NCBI GenBank assembly: GCA_963827685.1
Contig: CAWHBU010000001.1
Location: 192,001-256,000, forward strand
Source of the DNA: an uncultured delta proteobacterium
Lineage (GTDB): Bacteria > Desulfobacterota > BSN033 > UBA1163
Reading direction: 5' to 3'
Length of the DNA: 64,000 nucleotides
Each line of letters begins with the position of its first letter. The stretch's first letter is position 1. The notes beneath the pieces were generated by a model. That model saw nothing but the letters and a program-made list of their open reading frames with translations, did no database searches and had not been told where the DNA came from. The translations under genes were made by a program, and so were the position numbers. Below, piece after piece: positions 1-9,425 of this stretch.

Positions 1-1108
1 GGAGGTGGAGCTTCAAAATAGTTCTTTAAAAGAGATCAAGAATCAATTGGGACTTGGATGGATCGGAGAGATTGAGCTGGCAAAACTGGCGAAAGAGGAA
101 AACAAGGATTACGGTTTGAAATACTCCTTTCTCAGGAATGAAAAAGTGGAGAGGAAAGGGTTTGGAGGAGCAGGGACATCAGGCTGTGTCCCAGGTTGTG
201 GAACTCGTAAAACGACCATCGAACCTTTCGAAACCACAGAAAGGGGTGATATTAAATGGTTTTCTTTCGGGGGTGAATACTTCGGCGCCCTCTTAATCCC
301 TCCCCCATCGAAAGAGATCTCCTTGTCAGTAAAGGGGTCTGAAAAGGAACTGCTGAAGGCAGAAGTTATCCCACCGCCTATTTCTATTCCTCCCCAAGGA
401 AAGGTTAATGTTACCTACCGGATCTACTTGGGCCCCAAGGATGAAGACCGGTTGAAAGCATTGGGTGTTGGTGCGGAGAAGCTGGTAGATTTTGGTTTCT
501 TTACGATCGTTGCCAAACCGCTTCTCTGGTTTTTGAGACTCACCCATATCGTCACTAAAAATTATGGGATCGATATCATCATCCTCAGCATCTTGATCAA
601 GATTATCTTCCTTCCCTTAACACAGATCAGCATGAAATCTATGAAGGAAATGCAGAAGGTGCAGCCGGAGATGAATCGACTCAAGGAGCAGTACAAGAAT
701 GATAAGGCGAAGCTTCAGCAGGAGATTATGCTCCTTTACAAAAGGAGAAAGATCAACCCCATGAGCGGTTGTCTTCCAATGCTCATCCAGATTCCTGTAT
801 TTATTGCGCTTTATAATGCCCTTCAGAATGGGATTGAGATGAGACATGCCCCATTTTTCCTTTGGATTATGGATCTCTCCGCAAAAGATCCCATTTATAT
901 CACTCCGCTCATCATGGGGGTAACCATGTTCATGCAGCAAAAGATGACCCCTACAGCAGGCGATCCGGCGCAGGCCAAGATGTTCCTGCTGATGCCAGTC
1001 ATGTTCACTTTTCTCTTCCTCAATTTCCCATCTGGTCTGGTTTTGTATTGGTTGGTTAATAATGTTTTATCCATAGCTCATCAATATTATTTGAATAAAG
1101 GGACATGA
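1..1108 (+). CDS. yidC: Membrane protein insertase YidC (5' end outside window)
   Basis: VDFGFF..IAKPL, NYGIDII, INPMSGCLPMLIQIPVF, FPSGLVLYW motifs; precedes jag-mnmE. Confidence 0.97.
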   Translation, partial: EVELQNSSLKEIKNQLGLGWIGEIELAKLAKEENKDYGLKYSFLRNEKVERKGFGGAGTSGCVPGCGTRKTTIEPFETTERGDIKWFSFGGEYFGALLIPPPSKEISLSVKGSEKELLKAEVIPPPISIPPQGKVNVTYRIYLGPKDEDRLKALGVGAEKLVDFGFFTIVAKPLLWFLRLTHIVTKNYGIDIIILSILIKIIFLPLTQISMKSMKEMQKVQPEMNRLKEQYKNDKAKLQQEIMLLYKRRKINPMSGCLPMLIQIPVFIALYNALQNGIEMRHAPFFLWIMDLSAKDPIYITPLIMGVTMFMQQKMTPTAGDPAQAKMFLLMPVMFTFLFLNFPSGLVLYWLVNNVLSIAHQYYLNKGT

Positions 1109-1118
1109 GGTTTGATGC

Positions 1119-1607
1119 TTGGAAGAAATTGAGATTGTCAAACAGCTGACAATGGGATTGCTGGAGCGCATGGGCGTCAGGACAGAAGTAGAAGGGTTCT
1201 TAAAAGAGGGGAATCTCTATCTCGAGATCAAGGGAGATCAGGAGGGGATTCTCATCGGGAAGCATGGCCGCACCCTGGAGTCACTCCAGATGCTCATCAA
1301 TCGAATGGTTAATAAAAGGTTGAAAAACGCTTTGAGAGTAATTTTGGATATCGACGACTACCGAAAGAGAAGGGCGGACAGCATGACCCAGATGGCGCTT
1401 AGATTGGGTGATAAGGCAAAGAGGACGGGACATTCCCAAACTGCCGGACCATTCAATGCTTCCGACAGGAGGATCATTCATCTCACTCTCAAAGAGGACC
1501 CATCCCTGAATACGGAGAGCCTTGGGGAAGGGGAGTTAAAAAAAGTTAGGATTATCCCAACAAAGAAAGAGGGATATAAAACAGAAGACCCCTTTAGATT
1601 AAAGTGA
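1119..1607 (+). CDS. jag: Jag/EloR (KhpB) RNA-binding protein, KH + R3H, short form without Jag_N
   Basis: LIGKHGRTLESLQ KH motif, RRIIH R3H motif; synteny with yidC-mnmE. Confidence 0.92.
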   Translation: MEEIEIVKQLTMGLLERMGVRTEVEGFLKEGNLYLEIKGDQEGILIGKHGRTLESLQMLINRMVNKRLKNALRVILDIDDYRKRRADSMTQMALRLGDKAKRTGHSQTAGPFNASDRRIIHLTLKEDPSLNTESLGEGELKKVRIIPTKKEGYKTEDPFRLK

Positions 1608-3028
1608 ACAGAGGCTCCTCAGACAGCTCTTCAAGAAAAACCCCACTTGATCAAGAAGAGACGATTGCAGCCATTTCAACTCCATTTGGAGAGAGCGGCA
1701 TTGGCATCGTCCGTATCAGCGGCTCTTTGGCCGAGCCTATTGGTAAGAGATTATTCAAGCCTAGAAAAGACCAACCCTATTTTGTTTCCCATCACCTCCA
1801 CTATGGGGAAATCATCGACCCCCAAAGTGGAAATCCTGTTGATGAAGTGTTGATTGTCCTGATGAAATATCCAAAGACTTATACAAAAGAAGATATTTTA
1901 GAAATACACTGCCACGGAGGATACTTCGTTTTGCAAAAGGTATTGGAGTTAGTATTGAGGGAAGGAGCTCGGATGGCCAATCCGGGCGAATTCACGAAGA
2001 GGGCGTTTCTAAACGGGAGAATTGACCTCACCCAGGCTGAGGCTGTGATTGATCTGATTAAGGCAAAGACTCAAATCAACCTTGAGATTGCCACCCAGCA
2101 ACTGAGAGGACGGCTATTCAGCGAGATGACCGATCTCAAAGAGAGATTGATCGAGTATCTTGCCATGATAGAAGCTCATATCGATTTTCCAGAAGAAGAG
2201 ATGGAGCCGATCACTTTTGGAGAGATGACAAAAGACCTGGAAGACATGGTCCATCAAATAGAGGAATGGATCAACTCGTATGAAGAGGGAAGGATTTTTC
2301 GTGAAGGAATCTCGTGTGCGATCGTGGGGAAGACCAATGTTGGTAAATCGAGCCTTCTCAATGTGTTGTTGAAAGAGGAAAGAGCCATTGTGACTCCAAT
2401 CCCAGGGACGACCCGGGATGTGATTGAGGAGGTCCTGAATGTTCATGGAATTCCGGTGCGTCTGATGGATACGGCAGGTTTGAGAAAACCCGCGGATTCC
2501 ATTGAAAAAGAAGGGGTGAGAAGGGCAAAAGAGCGGGTGGCTGACTCTGATTTAGTTCTGTTAATGCTTGATGGAAGTCGGGAACTTGATGGGGATGATT
2601 CGGAAATTTTCAGAGAAGTAAACGGAAAGAAGAGGGTGGTAATCATCAACAAGAGTGATCTACTTCTAAGAATATCCTTAGAAGAAGTGAAGAATCGATT
2701 CGAGAATGACCCGATCGTCCTAATCAGCGCTCTGAAAAATGAAGGGATCGATGATCTGAAACAGGCCATTTATGCCTTCTTGGTTCACAGAGATGTGAGG
2801 GCAACGCCAGAGCATCTGATCGTGGTGAACATACGCCACAAAACCGCTCTTACTCAGGCCAGGAATAATCTTTCCAGTGCAATGAAGGGACTGGAAGAGG
2901 GGGCTTCGCTTGAATTTATCGCCTTTGAAATTCGCTCTGTATTGGAAGCCCTGGGAGATTTGGTTGGAGAAACAGCCACCGAAGAGGTACTAAATCGAAT
3001 CTTCGAACAATTCTGTATCGGCAAGTAA
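1604..3028 (+). CDS. mnmE: tRNA modification GTPase MnmE
   Basis: TIAAIST, GEFTKRAFLNGRIDL, GKTNVGKSS, GTTRD, DTAG, NKSD, C-terminal FCIGK. Confidence 0.98.
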   Translation: MNRGSSDSSSRKTPLDQEETIAAISTPFGESGIGIVRISGSLAEPIGKRLFKPRKDQPYFVSHHLHYGEIIDPQSGNPVDEVLIVLMKYPKTYTKEDILEIHCHGGYFVLQKVLELVLREGARMANPGEFTKRAFLNGRIDLTQAEAVIDLIKAKTQINLEIATQQLRGRLFSEMTDLKERLIEYLAMIEAHIDFPEEEMEPITFGEMTKDLEDMVHQIEEWINSYEEGRIFREGISCAIVGKTNVGKSSLLNVLLKEERAIVTPIPGTTRDVIEEVLNVHGIPVRLMDTAGLRKPADSIEKEGVRRAKERVADSDLVLLMLDGSRELDGDDSEIFREVNGKKRVVIINKSDLLLRISLEEVKNRFENDPIVLISALKNEGIDDLKQAIYAFLVHRDVRATPEHLIVVNIRHKTALTQARNNLSSAMKGLEEGASLEFIAFEIRSVLEALGDLVGETATEEVLNRIFEQFCIGK

Positions 3029-3044
3029 TGTTTCACGTGAAACA
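3029..3044. promoter_or_regulatory. parS centromere site 1
   Basis: Perfect palindrome TGTTTCACGTGAAACA immediately after the mnmE stop. Confidence 0.93.
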
Positions 3045-3112
3045 TACCACCTTTTTACGTCGAGGAATTGTCGTTATTGACAGAAATGGCTGATGCCTGA
3101 AGGGTTCCTAAA

Positions 3113-3655
3113 ATGATTACGATTCAACCCGAGAGGAGGGAGGATTATGCTGCCATTCATGAGATCAATGTTCTTGCCCTCGGCCAGGCGAACGAAGCAA
3201 GGTTGGTGAAGCATCTTAGGAAATCTTCTATTTTTATCTCAGGTCTTTCCCTGGTTGCCCTTACTGAAAATAGGGTGGGTGGTCATATTCTCTTTACGCC
3301 CATAGCCATCCAGACCAAAGGTGGATCTGTTCCAGGCTTGGCTCTTGCACCCATGGCAGTTCATCCGGAAATCCAAAACCAAGGTATTGGTTCGAAACTT
3401 GTAAGGGAAGGCGTAGAGTTATGCAAAAAATATAGGCATGGCATAGTGATTGTTGTAGGCCGCCCGCAATTCTATTCACGTTTTGGGTTCACCCTTGCAA
3501 GAGCAAAAGGGCTTGAAGTTCCATCCCCTGTTCCAGATGAGGTCTTTATGGTTCTCGAGCTTGTTCCAGGTGCTTTGAATGGTTCCATAGGAATGGATTA
3601 TTTATCCTCCAGAATTCTTAGATGTTTAGGAAGAAGTGAGAGTAGAGATTTTTGA
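3113..3655 (+). CDS. GNAT N-acetyltransferase (YhbS-like); probable frameshift near 3596, family-like end at 3629
   Basis: GHILFTP, LAPMAVHPEIQNQGIGSKL, FYSRFGF; IIYPPEFLDV* lies in the +1 frame. Confidence 0.85.
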   Translation: MITIQPERREDYAAIHEINVLALGQANEARLVKHLRKSSIFISGLSLVALTENRVGGHILFTPIAIQTKGGSVPGLALAPMAVHPEIQNQGIGSKLVREGVELCKKYRHGIVIVVGRPQFYSRFGFTLARAKGLEVPSPVPDEVFMVLELVPGALNGSIGMDYLSSRILRCLGRSESRDF

Positions 3656-3657
3656 TC

Positions 3658-4998
3658 ATGTTTCACGTGAAACATATAGCCCCCAACATCCTCCTTATCA
3701 ACCCCTGGATCACGGATTTTGCAGCTTATGATTTGTGGATAAGACCTCTTGGCCTCCTCAATATTGCCAGTCTTTCAAGGATGAATGGATTTCGAGTTAC
3801 GCTGATCGATTGTTTGGATTACTCAGTAAAAACAAAAAGGTACACCGATGGGAAGTTTTATAAGACTAAGATTGAGAAACCTTTTTCACTTAAATCTATT
3901 CCACGAAATTATAGCCGATATGGAATTCCTGAGGAAATGCTGTTGAAAAAGCTCTCATTCCTTGAAGAACCAGATCTCATTTGTGTTACTTCAGGAAGGA
4001 CTTACTGGTATCCAGGAGTATTCAAAGTAATTGAAATAGCAAGAAAATTATTTGTGGACGCCCCAATGATTCTGGGAGGGATCTATGCGACACTCTGTTA
4101 CGAGCATGCAAAAAAACACTCGGGCGTGGATATTGTGTTCAATGGAAGAGGGAAGCTTGAGGTTTTAAAGTTAATTTCAGATCTTTTAGGTTTCAAAATT
4201 GGGTTATCTGAATTCCGCAATTCGCAATCCGCAATCCGCAGTGAAAATTACCCCGCCTTCGACCTTTATCCCCAGCTTAATTATGCTTGTATTTCTACTT
4301 CCAAAGGATGCCCATTGAAGTGTACCTATTGTGCCTCTCCATTTTTAACGAAGGGTTTTTTCAGAACGGATCCTTTAAAAGTAGTTGAAGAGATTGAATA
4401 CTGGACAAGTAAACATCAAGTAAATGATGTTGCCTTCTATGATGATGCCCTTCTCATCGAGCCATCAAGACATATTATTCCAATTTTGAAAGAGATAACT
4501 AAAAGGAGCATTCACTGTAATTTCCATACGCCCAATGGTCTTCATATTAAGGAGATTGATGAAGAGGTTGCAAGCCTTCTATTCCGCACCGGGTTCAAAA
4601 CCATTCGTTTTGGTTTTGAAAGCTCGAATGAAGCGACACAGCTTGAAACCGGAGGTAAGGTCGACAATCAGGAATTTCGGCGAGCGATCAAACATTTAAA
4701 GAGGGCAGGGTATTCAGGGGAAGAAATTGGGGTATATATAATGGTGGGACTACCGGGCCAAAGCGTAGGGGAGGCGGAAGAGAGCATTGCCTTTGTAAGG
4801 GAAACGGGAGCGAGACCCATGCTGGTTGAATATTCGCCCATTCCTCATACGCCATTATTTGAAAAAGCAAAGAGAATGTCTTCATTTGATCTTGAAAAAG
4901 AACCCTTATTTCATAACAATTCTATTCTACCCTGCCGGTGGGATGGGTTTACAATGGCAGATTATAGAAGGTTAAAGGAAGAATTGAATAGAGGATAA
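3658..4998 (+). CDS. B12-binding-domain radical SAM protein (start uncertain)
   Basis: ILLINPWI.DF...PLGLL, ILGGIYATL, SKGCPLKCTYC (CxxxCxxC). Confidence 0.9.
   Translation: MFHVKHIAPNILLINPWITDFAAYDLWIRPLGLLNIASLSRMNGFRVTLIDCLDYSVKTKRYTDGKFYKTKIEKPFSLKSIPRNYSRYGIPEEMLLKKLSFLEEPDLICVTSGRTYWYPGVFKVIEIARKLFVDAPMILGGIYATLCYEHAKKHSGVDIVFNGRGKLEVLKLISDLLGFKIGLSEFRNSQSAIRSENYPAFDLYPQLNYACISTSKGCPLKCTYCASPFLTKGFFRTDPLKVVEEIEYWTSKHQVNDVAFYDDALLIEPSRHIIPILKEITKRSIHCNFHTPNGLHIKEIDEEVASLLFRTGFKTIRFGFESSNEATQLETGGKVDNQEFRRAIKHLKRAGYSGEEIGVYIMVGLPGQSVGEAEESIAFVRETGARPMLVEYSPIPHTPLFEKAKRMSSFDLEKEPLFHNNSILPCRWDGFTMADYRRLKEELNRG
3659..3674. promoter_or_regulatory. parS centromere site 2
   Basis: Second perfect TGTTTCACGTGAAACA; reads as MFHVKH at the start of the next ORF. 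Confidence 0.93.
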
Positions 4999-5002
4999 CT
5001 AT

Positions 5003-5689
5003 ATGAAACTATTAGAAATTGAAGAAGATATTTTTATTGTTGGGGGGCCAGACATCACAGATGGTCGAGATGGATGTATCTATTTGATAAATTTAGGGGA
5101 ATTGATACTGGTCGATGCTGGAGCAGGATGGAGTGTTGATAAAATTGTTAATAATATTAAAAAGTTAGGGTTTAATTGTAACAATCTGACTAAGATTCTT
5201 CTTACCCACTGCCATATCGATCATATTGGAGGTGCGCCAGAAATTAAAAAGAAATTTGGCTCTAAGATATACATCCATAAGTTGGATGCCCCACCTTTGG
5301 AGAACGGGGATCCGATTTTGACGGCTGCCAAATGGTATCAGACGAGTTTCCCACCAACTCCTGTGGATGTGAAATTCAATTTGCCTGAAGAGATATTAAT
5401 GATTGGAGAACAGAAAATTATCTGTCTTCATACACCAGGTCATACTCCGGGATCGATATGTATCTATTTGGATAAAGATGGAAAGCGAATTCTTTTTGCT
5501 CAAGATCTTCACGGTCCTCTTCTCGAAGAATTTGGTTCGAACATAGGAGATTGGGATCGTTCGACGAAGAAGTTACTCGACCTGGATGCAGATATTCTTT
5601 GCGAAGGACACTTCGGAATATACAAGACAAAGAAAGAGGTTAGAGAATATATCCTCTCCTATCGCCGCCAGTATGGAGTAGATGAATAG
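5003..5689 (+). CDS. MBL-fold metallo-hydrolase
   Basis: THCHIDH, HTPGHTPGS, EGH motifs. Confidence 0.92.
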   Translation: MKLLEIEEDIFIVGGPDITDGRDGCIYLINLGELILVDAGAGWSVDKIVNNIKKLGFNCNNLTKILLTHCHIDHIGGAPEIKKKFGSKIYIHKLDAPPLENGDPILTAAKWYQTSFPPTPVDVKFNLPEEILMIGEQKIICLHTPGHTPGSICIYLDKDGKRILFAQDLHGPLLEEFGSNIGDWDRSTKKLLDLDADILCEGHFGIYKTKKEVREYILSYRRQYGVDE

Positions 5690-5770
5690 GCAATAAAAGG
5701 AATCTTCTCTTGACTTATCTGGAGCATTAAAATACAAAAGAAGCAAGAATCCACAACAAAAACTAATTTA

Positions 5771-6325
5771 ATGGAGGCAAATATGTTCAAAAAGCCCAGG
5801 TTGTCTCATTTCATCTTTTTTAATATTTTTCTTCTTGTATGTATTGGATTCTTGCAACAAGCTTCTGCTCAAGAGAACCGTTTCAGCTACAAAAGATTTT
5901 CCCTTACCTTGCCCGAAGGCTGGGCGAAACAAGATATCTCTAAAGGGTCGGAAAAAGAGGTTGTGGGATCTTTGAAGTCTGAAAACATTAAAGGGGCCAC
6001 AGTCCTGGTGCTTTGCTATAGCAGTTGGCGATATGACTACAGTAGAGTAAGAATCGCCGGCCTGAAAACCATTGCCTCGGTTTATCCCAAAGGTCAAAAG
6101 ATGCTCAAGAAAGAATCCAAATTGAAGACAGACGGAGGATTAACAGCCGTCACGGAATTGTGGCAAGGCGCTGTGGATGCCGGTGGAACAACGGTGCTTC
6201 TCCAATCGCCCATGGGAATCATGGAAACCAGGGAGGGATGGATACTCATGCTGGGATTTGCACCCGATGCATCCGGAGGACAATTGGAGGAAGATTTCCT
6301 CAAAATGATAAAATCAGCGAAATAA
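5771..6325 (+). CDS. Hypothetical secreted protein
   Basis: Signal peptide ending ASA-Q; 184-aa ORF; no family recognised. Confidence 0.7.
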   Translation: MEANMFKKPRLSHFIFFNIFLLVCIGFLQQASAQENRFSYKRFSLTLPEGWAKQDISKGSEKEVVGSLKSENIKGATVLVLCYSSWRYDYSRVRIAGLKTIASVYPKGQKMLKKESKLKTDGGLTAVTELWQGAVDAGGTTVLLQSPMGIMETREGWILMLGFAPDASGGQLEEDFLKMIKSAK

Positions 6326-6514
6326 GGACTCAACTTCGATTAAGTCTTTTTCCCAAAACCTCTCCGCCCAATGATTTCTTCACTTCTAAAGATTGAGCTC
6401 ACAACTATCCCTACTCAAGAAGATGATGGACTAATCAGTATAAAAGACAGTTGGGTAATTGTGGGTTAATATTTTATAATTTTAGAAATTCCTTTAGAGT
6501 GGTGATAATAATAA

Positions 6515-6712
6515 GTGGCTGATTCTGACAAGAAGTTTATCTATGAAGACGGAATCTGTTTTGAGGTAACACCTTATGGACTCGTCTGTTGTTTAAAAGA
6601 GAGCAAGGACAAGAAGCATCGCTGCCCTGACTGCAAATTCTGCCAATGGTGTTCCGATTCGCGATGCAGCCTCTGTCTTAGACAGGGAGAATACGGTTGC
6701 GGCAGCTACTGA
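6515..6712 (+). CDS. Small Cys-rich protein
   Basis: 10 Cys in 65 aa including CPDCKFCQWCSDSRCSLC. Confidence 0.65.
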   Translation: MADSDKKFIYEDGICFEVTPYGLVCCLKESKDKKHRCPDCKFCQWCSDSRCSLCLRQGEYGCGSY

Positions 6713-6788
6713 TCATAAAAAAGGATCTTTACCTAGTCACATCAAATTCAAAGACCTGTCTTTCTAATCCTACGATAATGGTAAAGGG

Positions 6789-7475
6789 ATGACCATTCCT
6801 GTTAGCTACCATTTGATGAGAAGTAAGAAGAGGAGAAAGACGATTTCTCTCCATATCAAAGAAGACGGGAAAATAGTCATTATGGCTCCTTATCACACAC
6901 CGAAATGGGAGATAGAAAGATTCATCGAGGGAAAACAGTCATGGATAGTTGAGAAAATATCAGAAAAAGAAAAACAGATGAAAGAAGTAGAAAAGACGTT
7001 TCTACCGGGAGAGAGATTTTTGTATTTGGGAGAGTGGTATCCGTTAGAAATTCATGATTCTAGTCATAAGGAACCTCCTCTAACATTATCTTTTGGTACT
7101 TTCATCCTCAATAAGGATCATATTGAGGAGGCAAGGGGTCTTCTTATGCAGTGGTATAAGAGAGAGGCTAAAGAGAAGATCGTTGGAAGAGTTGATTACT
7201 ACAGCGGTAGGCTTCATTTGTTCCCGAAAGGGATAAGAATAACAAACGCCAGATCCCGGTGGGGCTCCTGCTCACGAGATAATCGATTATCTTTTAGCTG
7301 GAGAATTATCATGGCCTCCTTGGCCGCCGTCGATTACATCCTCATTCATGAACTTGTCCATATCAGAGAAAAAAATCACTCTAAGAAATTCTGGGCCACC
7401 TTAGAGTCAATTCTCCCTGACTACAGAAAACATAGACTCTGGCTAAAAGAGAATGGACATCTATTACAGCTCTAA
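6789..7475 (+). CDS. YgjP/DUF45-type zinc metallopeptidase-like protein
   Basis: RWGSCS, DYILIHELVH (HExxH), NHSKKFW. Confidence 0.9.
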   Translation: MTIPVSYHLMRSKKRRKTISLHIKEDGKIVIMAPYHTPKWEIERFIEGKQSWIVEKISEKEKQMKEVEKTFLPGERFLYLGEWYPLEIHDSSHKEPPLTLSFGTFILNKDHIEEARGLLMQWYKREAKEKIVGRVDYYSGRLHLFPKGIRITNARSRWGSCSRDNRLSFSWRIIMASLAAVDYILIHELVHIREKNHSKKFWATLESILPDYRKHRLWLKENGHLLQL

Positions 7476-7525
7476 TAGGGATTGGTGACCCATGAGCAAT
7501 CTTGAAATACTGATGCAATCCGCTC

Positions 7526-8554
7526 ATGATGTTTGTAGATGGAAAAGCCGAGGCTTTACGGATGAAGAGGATTAGCCGAAGAGATTTTTTAAGATATACT
7601 GGAGCGGTTGGAGGAACTTTATTTTTAGGTAGGAATGGAGGAATAGCGATGTCCAGCACAATGAGTCATGTTGCATTGGTGAAGACAGATAATAGGAAAA
7701 ACGGGGTGAAGACATCTTTGAAGGCCCTCAATATTAATCCCTTCAAGGGAAAGAATGTTTTAATCAAACCCAATTTCAACACCGCTGATATCCCGCCGGG
7801 CTCCGCGCACAACGATACATTAATGGCATTAGTGGAAGAGGTCTGGGGAATGGGGGCTAAATCGATCAGCCTCGGAGAAAGAAGCTATCCACCTACCCGT
7901 GAGGTGATGGAGAAAAAAGGCATTCTGCCCGTTCTGGATAAATTGAACGTAAAGGTTATTGACTTTGATCATCTTGACGAAAAGGATTGGGTGTTATTCA
8001 AGCCTAAGAAGAGTCACTGGCCGAATGGGTTTCGGATTGCACGCCCCATTCTCGACGCAGAGTGCCTCATCTCCACCTGCTGCCTGAAGACCCATCAGTT
8101 TGGAGGAATCTTCACCCTATCCCTAAAGCTCCATGTCGGAGTTGTTCCCACGTTTCGTCATGGATATGATTACATGAAAGAACTTCACAGCTCTCCCGAT
8201 CAACGAAAGATGATTGCAGAGATTAATGAACCTTTTAAACCTGCCCTTATTGTCCTTGATGGAATCGATGCCTTTGTGGATGGCGGTCCTATGACTGGAA
8301 AGCCAGCGAAAGGAGAGGTCTTCCTTGCCTCTACGAATCGGGTTGCTATCGATGCAGTCGGAGTGGCCATTTTGAAACTACTCGGAAGCAATGAAAGCAT
8401 CATGAAACCAAAGATATTTGAACAAGATCAGATTGCAAGGGCAGTCGAACTTGGTTTAGGGGCATCGTCTCCTTCAGAGATCGAGGTGATGCCTGCCGAT
8501 AAGAATAGCCAGGATTTCCGCGACCGCATTATAGAGGTGTTGAGAAGAGGGTAG
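7526..8554 (+). CDS. DUF362-family protein with possible Tat signal; alternative start at 7649
   Basis: VLIKPN, LKTH.FGG.FTLSLK, DG....GGP, NRVAIDAV; SRRDFL. Confidence 0.85.
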   Translation: MMFVDGKAEALRMKRISRRDFLRYTGAVGGTLFLGRNGGIAMSSTMSHVALVKTDNRKNGVKTSLKALNINPFKGKNVLIKPNFNTADIPPGSAHNDTLMALVEEVWGMGAKSISLGERSYPPTREVMEKKGILPVLDKLNVKVIDFDHLDEKDWVLFKPKKSHWPNGFRIARPILDAECLISTCCLKTHQFGGIFTLSLKLHVGVVPTFRHGYDYMKELHSSPDQRKMIAEINEPFKPALIVLDGIDAFVDGGPMTGKPAKGEVFLASTNRVAIDAVGVAILKLLGSNESIMKPKIFEQDQIARAVELGLGASSPSEIEVMPADKNSQDFRDRIIEVLRRG

Positions 8555-8752
8555 TCTTAAGTATAAAGCTGTATTATTTTTTTATTCCATATTAGTCCAA
8601 TGTATAAAATAGTTATAATTATTTTAAATCAATCAATTCAATCACTTATAAAATCACGCCTGTTTATATTTGAAGATATGTATATTTAGAATATTCAATT
8701 TAACCTCAAATCCTCTTCCTAACAAATCCAGAGTTTCTAAAAAATTTAATAA

Positions 8753-8765
8753 TATCAAATAGTTG
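8753..8765 (+). promoter_or_regulatory. IHF binding site
   Basis: TATCAAATAGTTG matches WATCAANNNNTTR, just upstream of a sigma54 promoter in an AT-rich region. Confidence 0.6.
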
Positions 8766-8782
8766 AATAATAAATTATTCTT

Positions 8783-8798
8783 TGGCATGCCAAATGCA
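8783..8798 (+). promoter_or_regulatory. sigma54 (-24/-12) promoter
   Basis: TGGCATGCCAAATGCA: GG-N10-GC, about 40 bp before the ATG at 8837. Confidence 0.8.
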
Positions 8799-8836
8799 CT
8801 ACTTAGCTTGAACGTCGAAGAAAGGAGGAATTCAAA

Positions 8837-9121
8837 ATGGAAAAAGCAAAAAAAGGATTAAGGGTAGGGTTAATGGCTGGGATGATCACACTTATGGCTT
8901 CTCCAGCATTTGCAAGGTCGATCAGCCTGAAAGAAGGCGGGACGATGCTCTGGATCTTCATCATTGTCGGAGCGATTATCGTTCTTCTCCAATTGATCCC
9001 AGCAGCCATTCTCTTCTTCAGCTTCATTGGTACTGCAACCACCATGGCTTTGAAGAAAGAGAAGAAAGTTGAAGAGGAACTGGTTCTTCCAGGTGCTGAG
9101 CCAGTAGCGGTTAAGAAGTAG
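8837..9121 (+). CDS. Small membrane protein
   Basis: Strong RBS AAGGAGG; signal-like N-terminus and hydrophobic LLQLIPAAILFFSFIG. Confidence 0.8.
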   Translation: MEKAKKGLRVGLMAGMITLMASPAFARSISLKEGGTMLWIFIIVGAIIVLLQLIPAAILFFSFIGTATTMALKKEKKVEEELVLPGAEPVAVKK

Positions 9122-9141
9122 AAGAAACCATAGTAAAGGAG

Positions 9142-9405
9142 ATGATCGTCATGTCTGAGAAGATGAAAAAGATTCTAACAATCTTGAGTCTAGTCCTAAT
9201 AATGTCGATCTCCTTGTTCTCTTTTGGGATTGCTTACAAGGGTGGGGTCAGGGGAATAGGACTTGTGGGAGTCATGTTTTTCTTCACCTTTGGGATCATC
9301 GTGGTCCTGGCTCAATTGATTCCGGCAGGTATCCTCCTCTCCTCTTTTATCGGAGCCGCTGTCTCCCCTACGAGAAAGTCTGAGATTCCCATTCGTGTGA
9401 CGTAG
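9142..9405 (+). CDS. Small membrane protein, paralog of 8837..9121
   Basis: Shared LAQLIPAGILLSSFIG segment; RBS AAGGAG. Confidence 0.8.
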   Translation: MIVMSEKMKKILTILSLVLIMSISLFSFGIAYKGGVRGIGLVGVMFFFTFGIIVVLAQLIPAGILLSSFIGAAVSPTRKSEIPIRVT

Positions 9406-9425
9406 GAGGAATGGAATAGGAGGAG

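Noticed and set aside
6710-6720. Sec readthrough at the TGA of the Cys-rich ORF
   Set aside because: TAA follows two codons later and no hairpin is evident
8555-8780. AT-rich tract as oriC
   Set aside because: No clustered TTATCCACA boxes seen; better explained as a sigma54 upstream region
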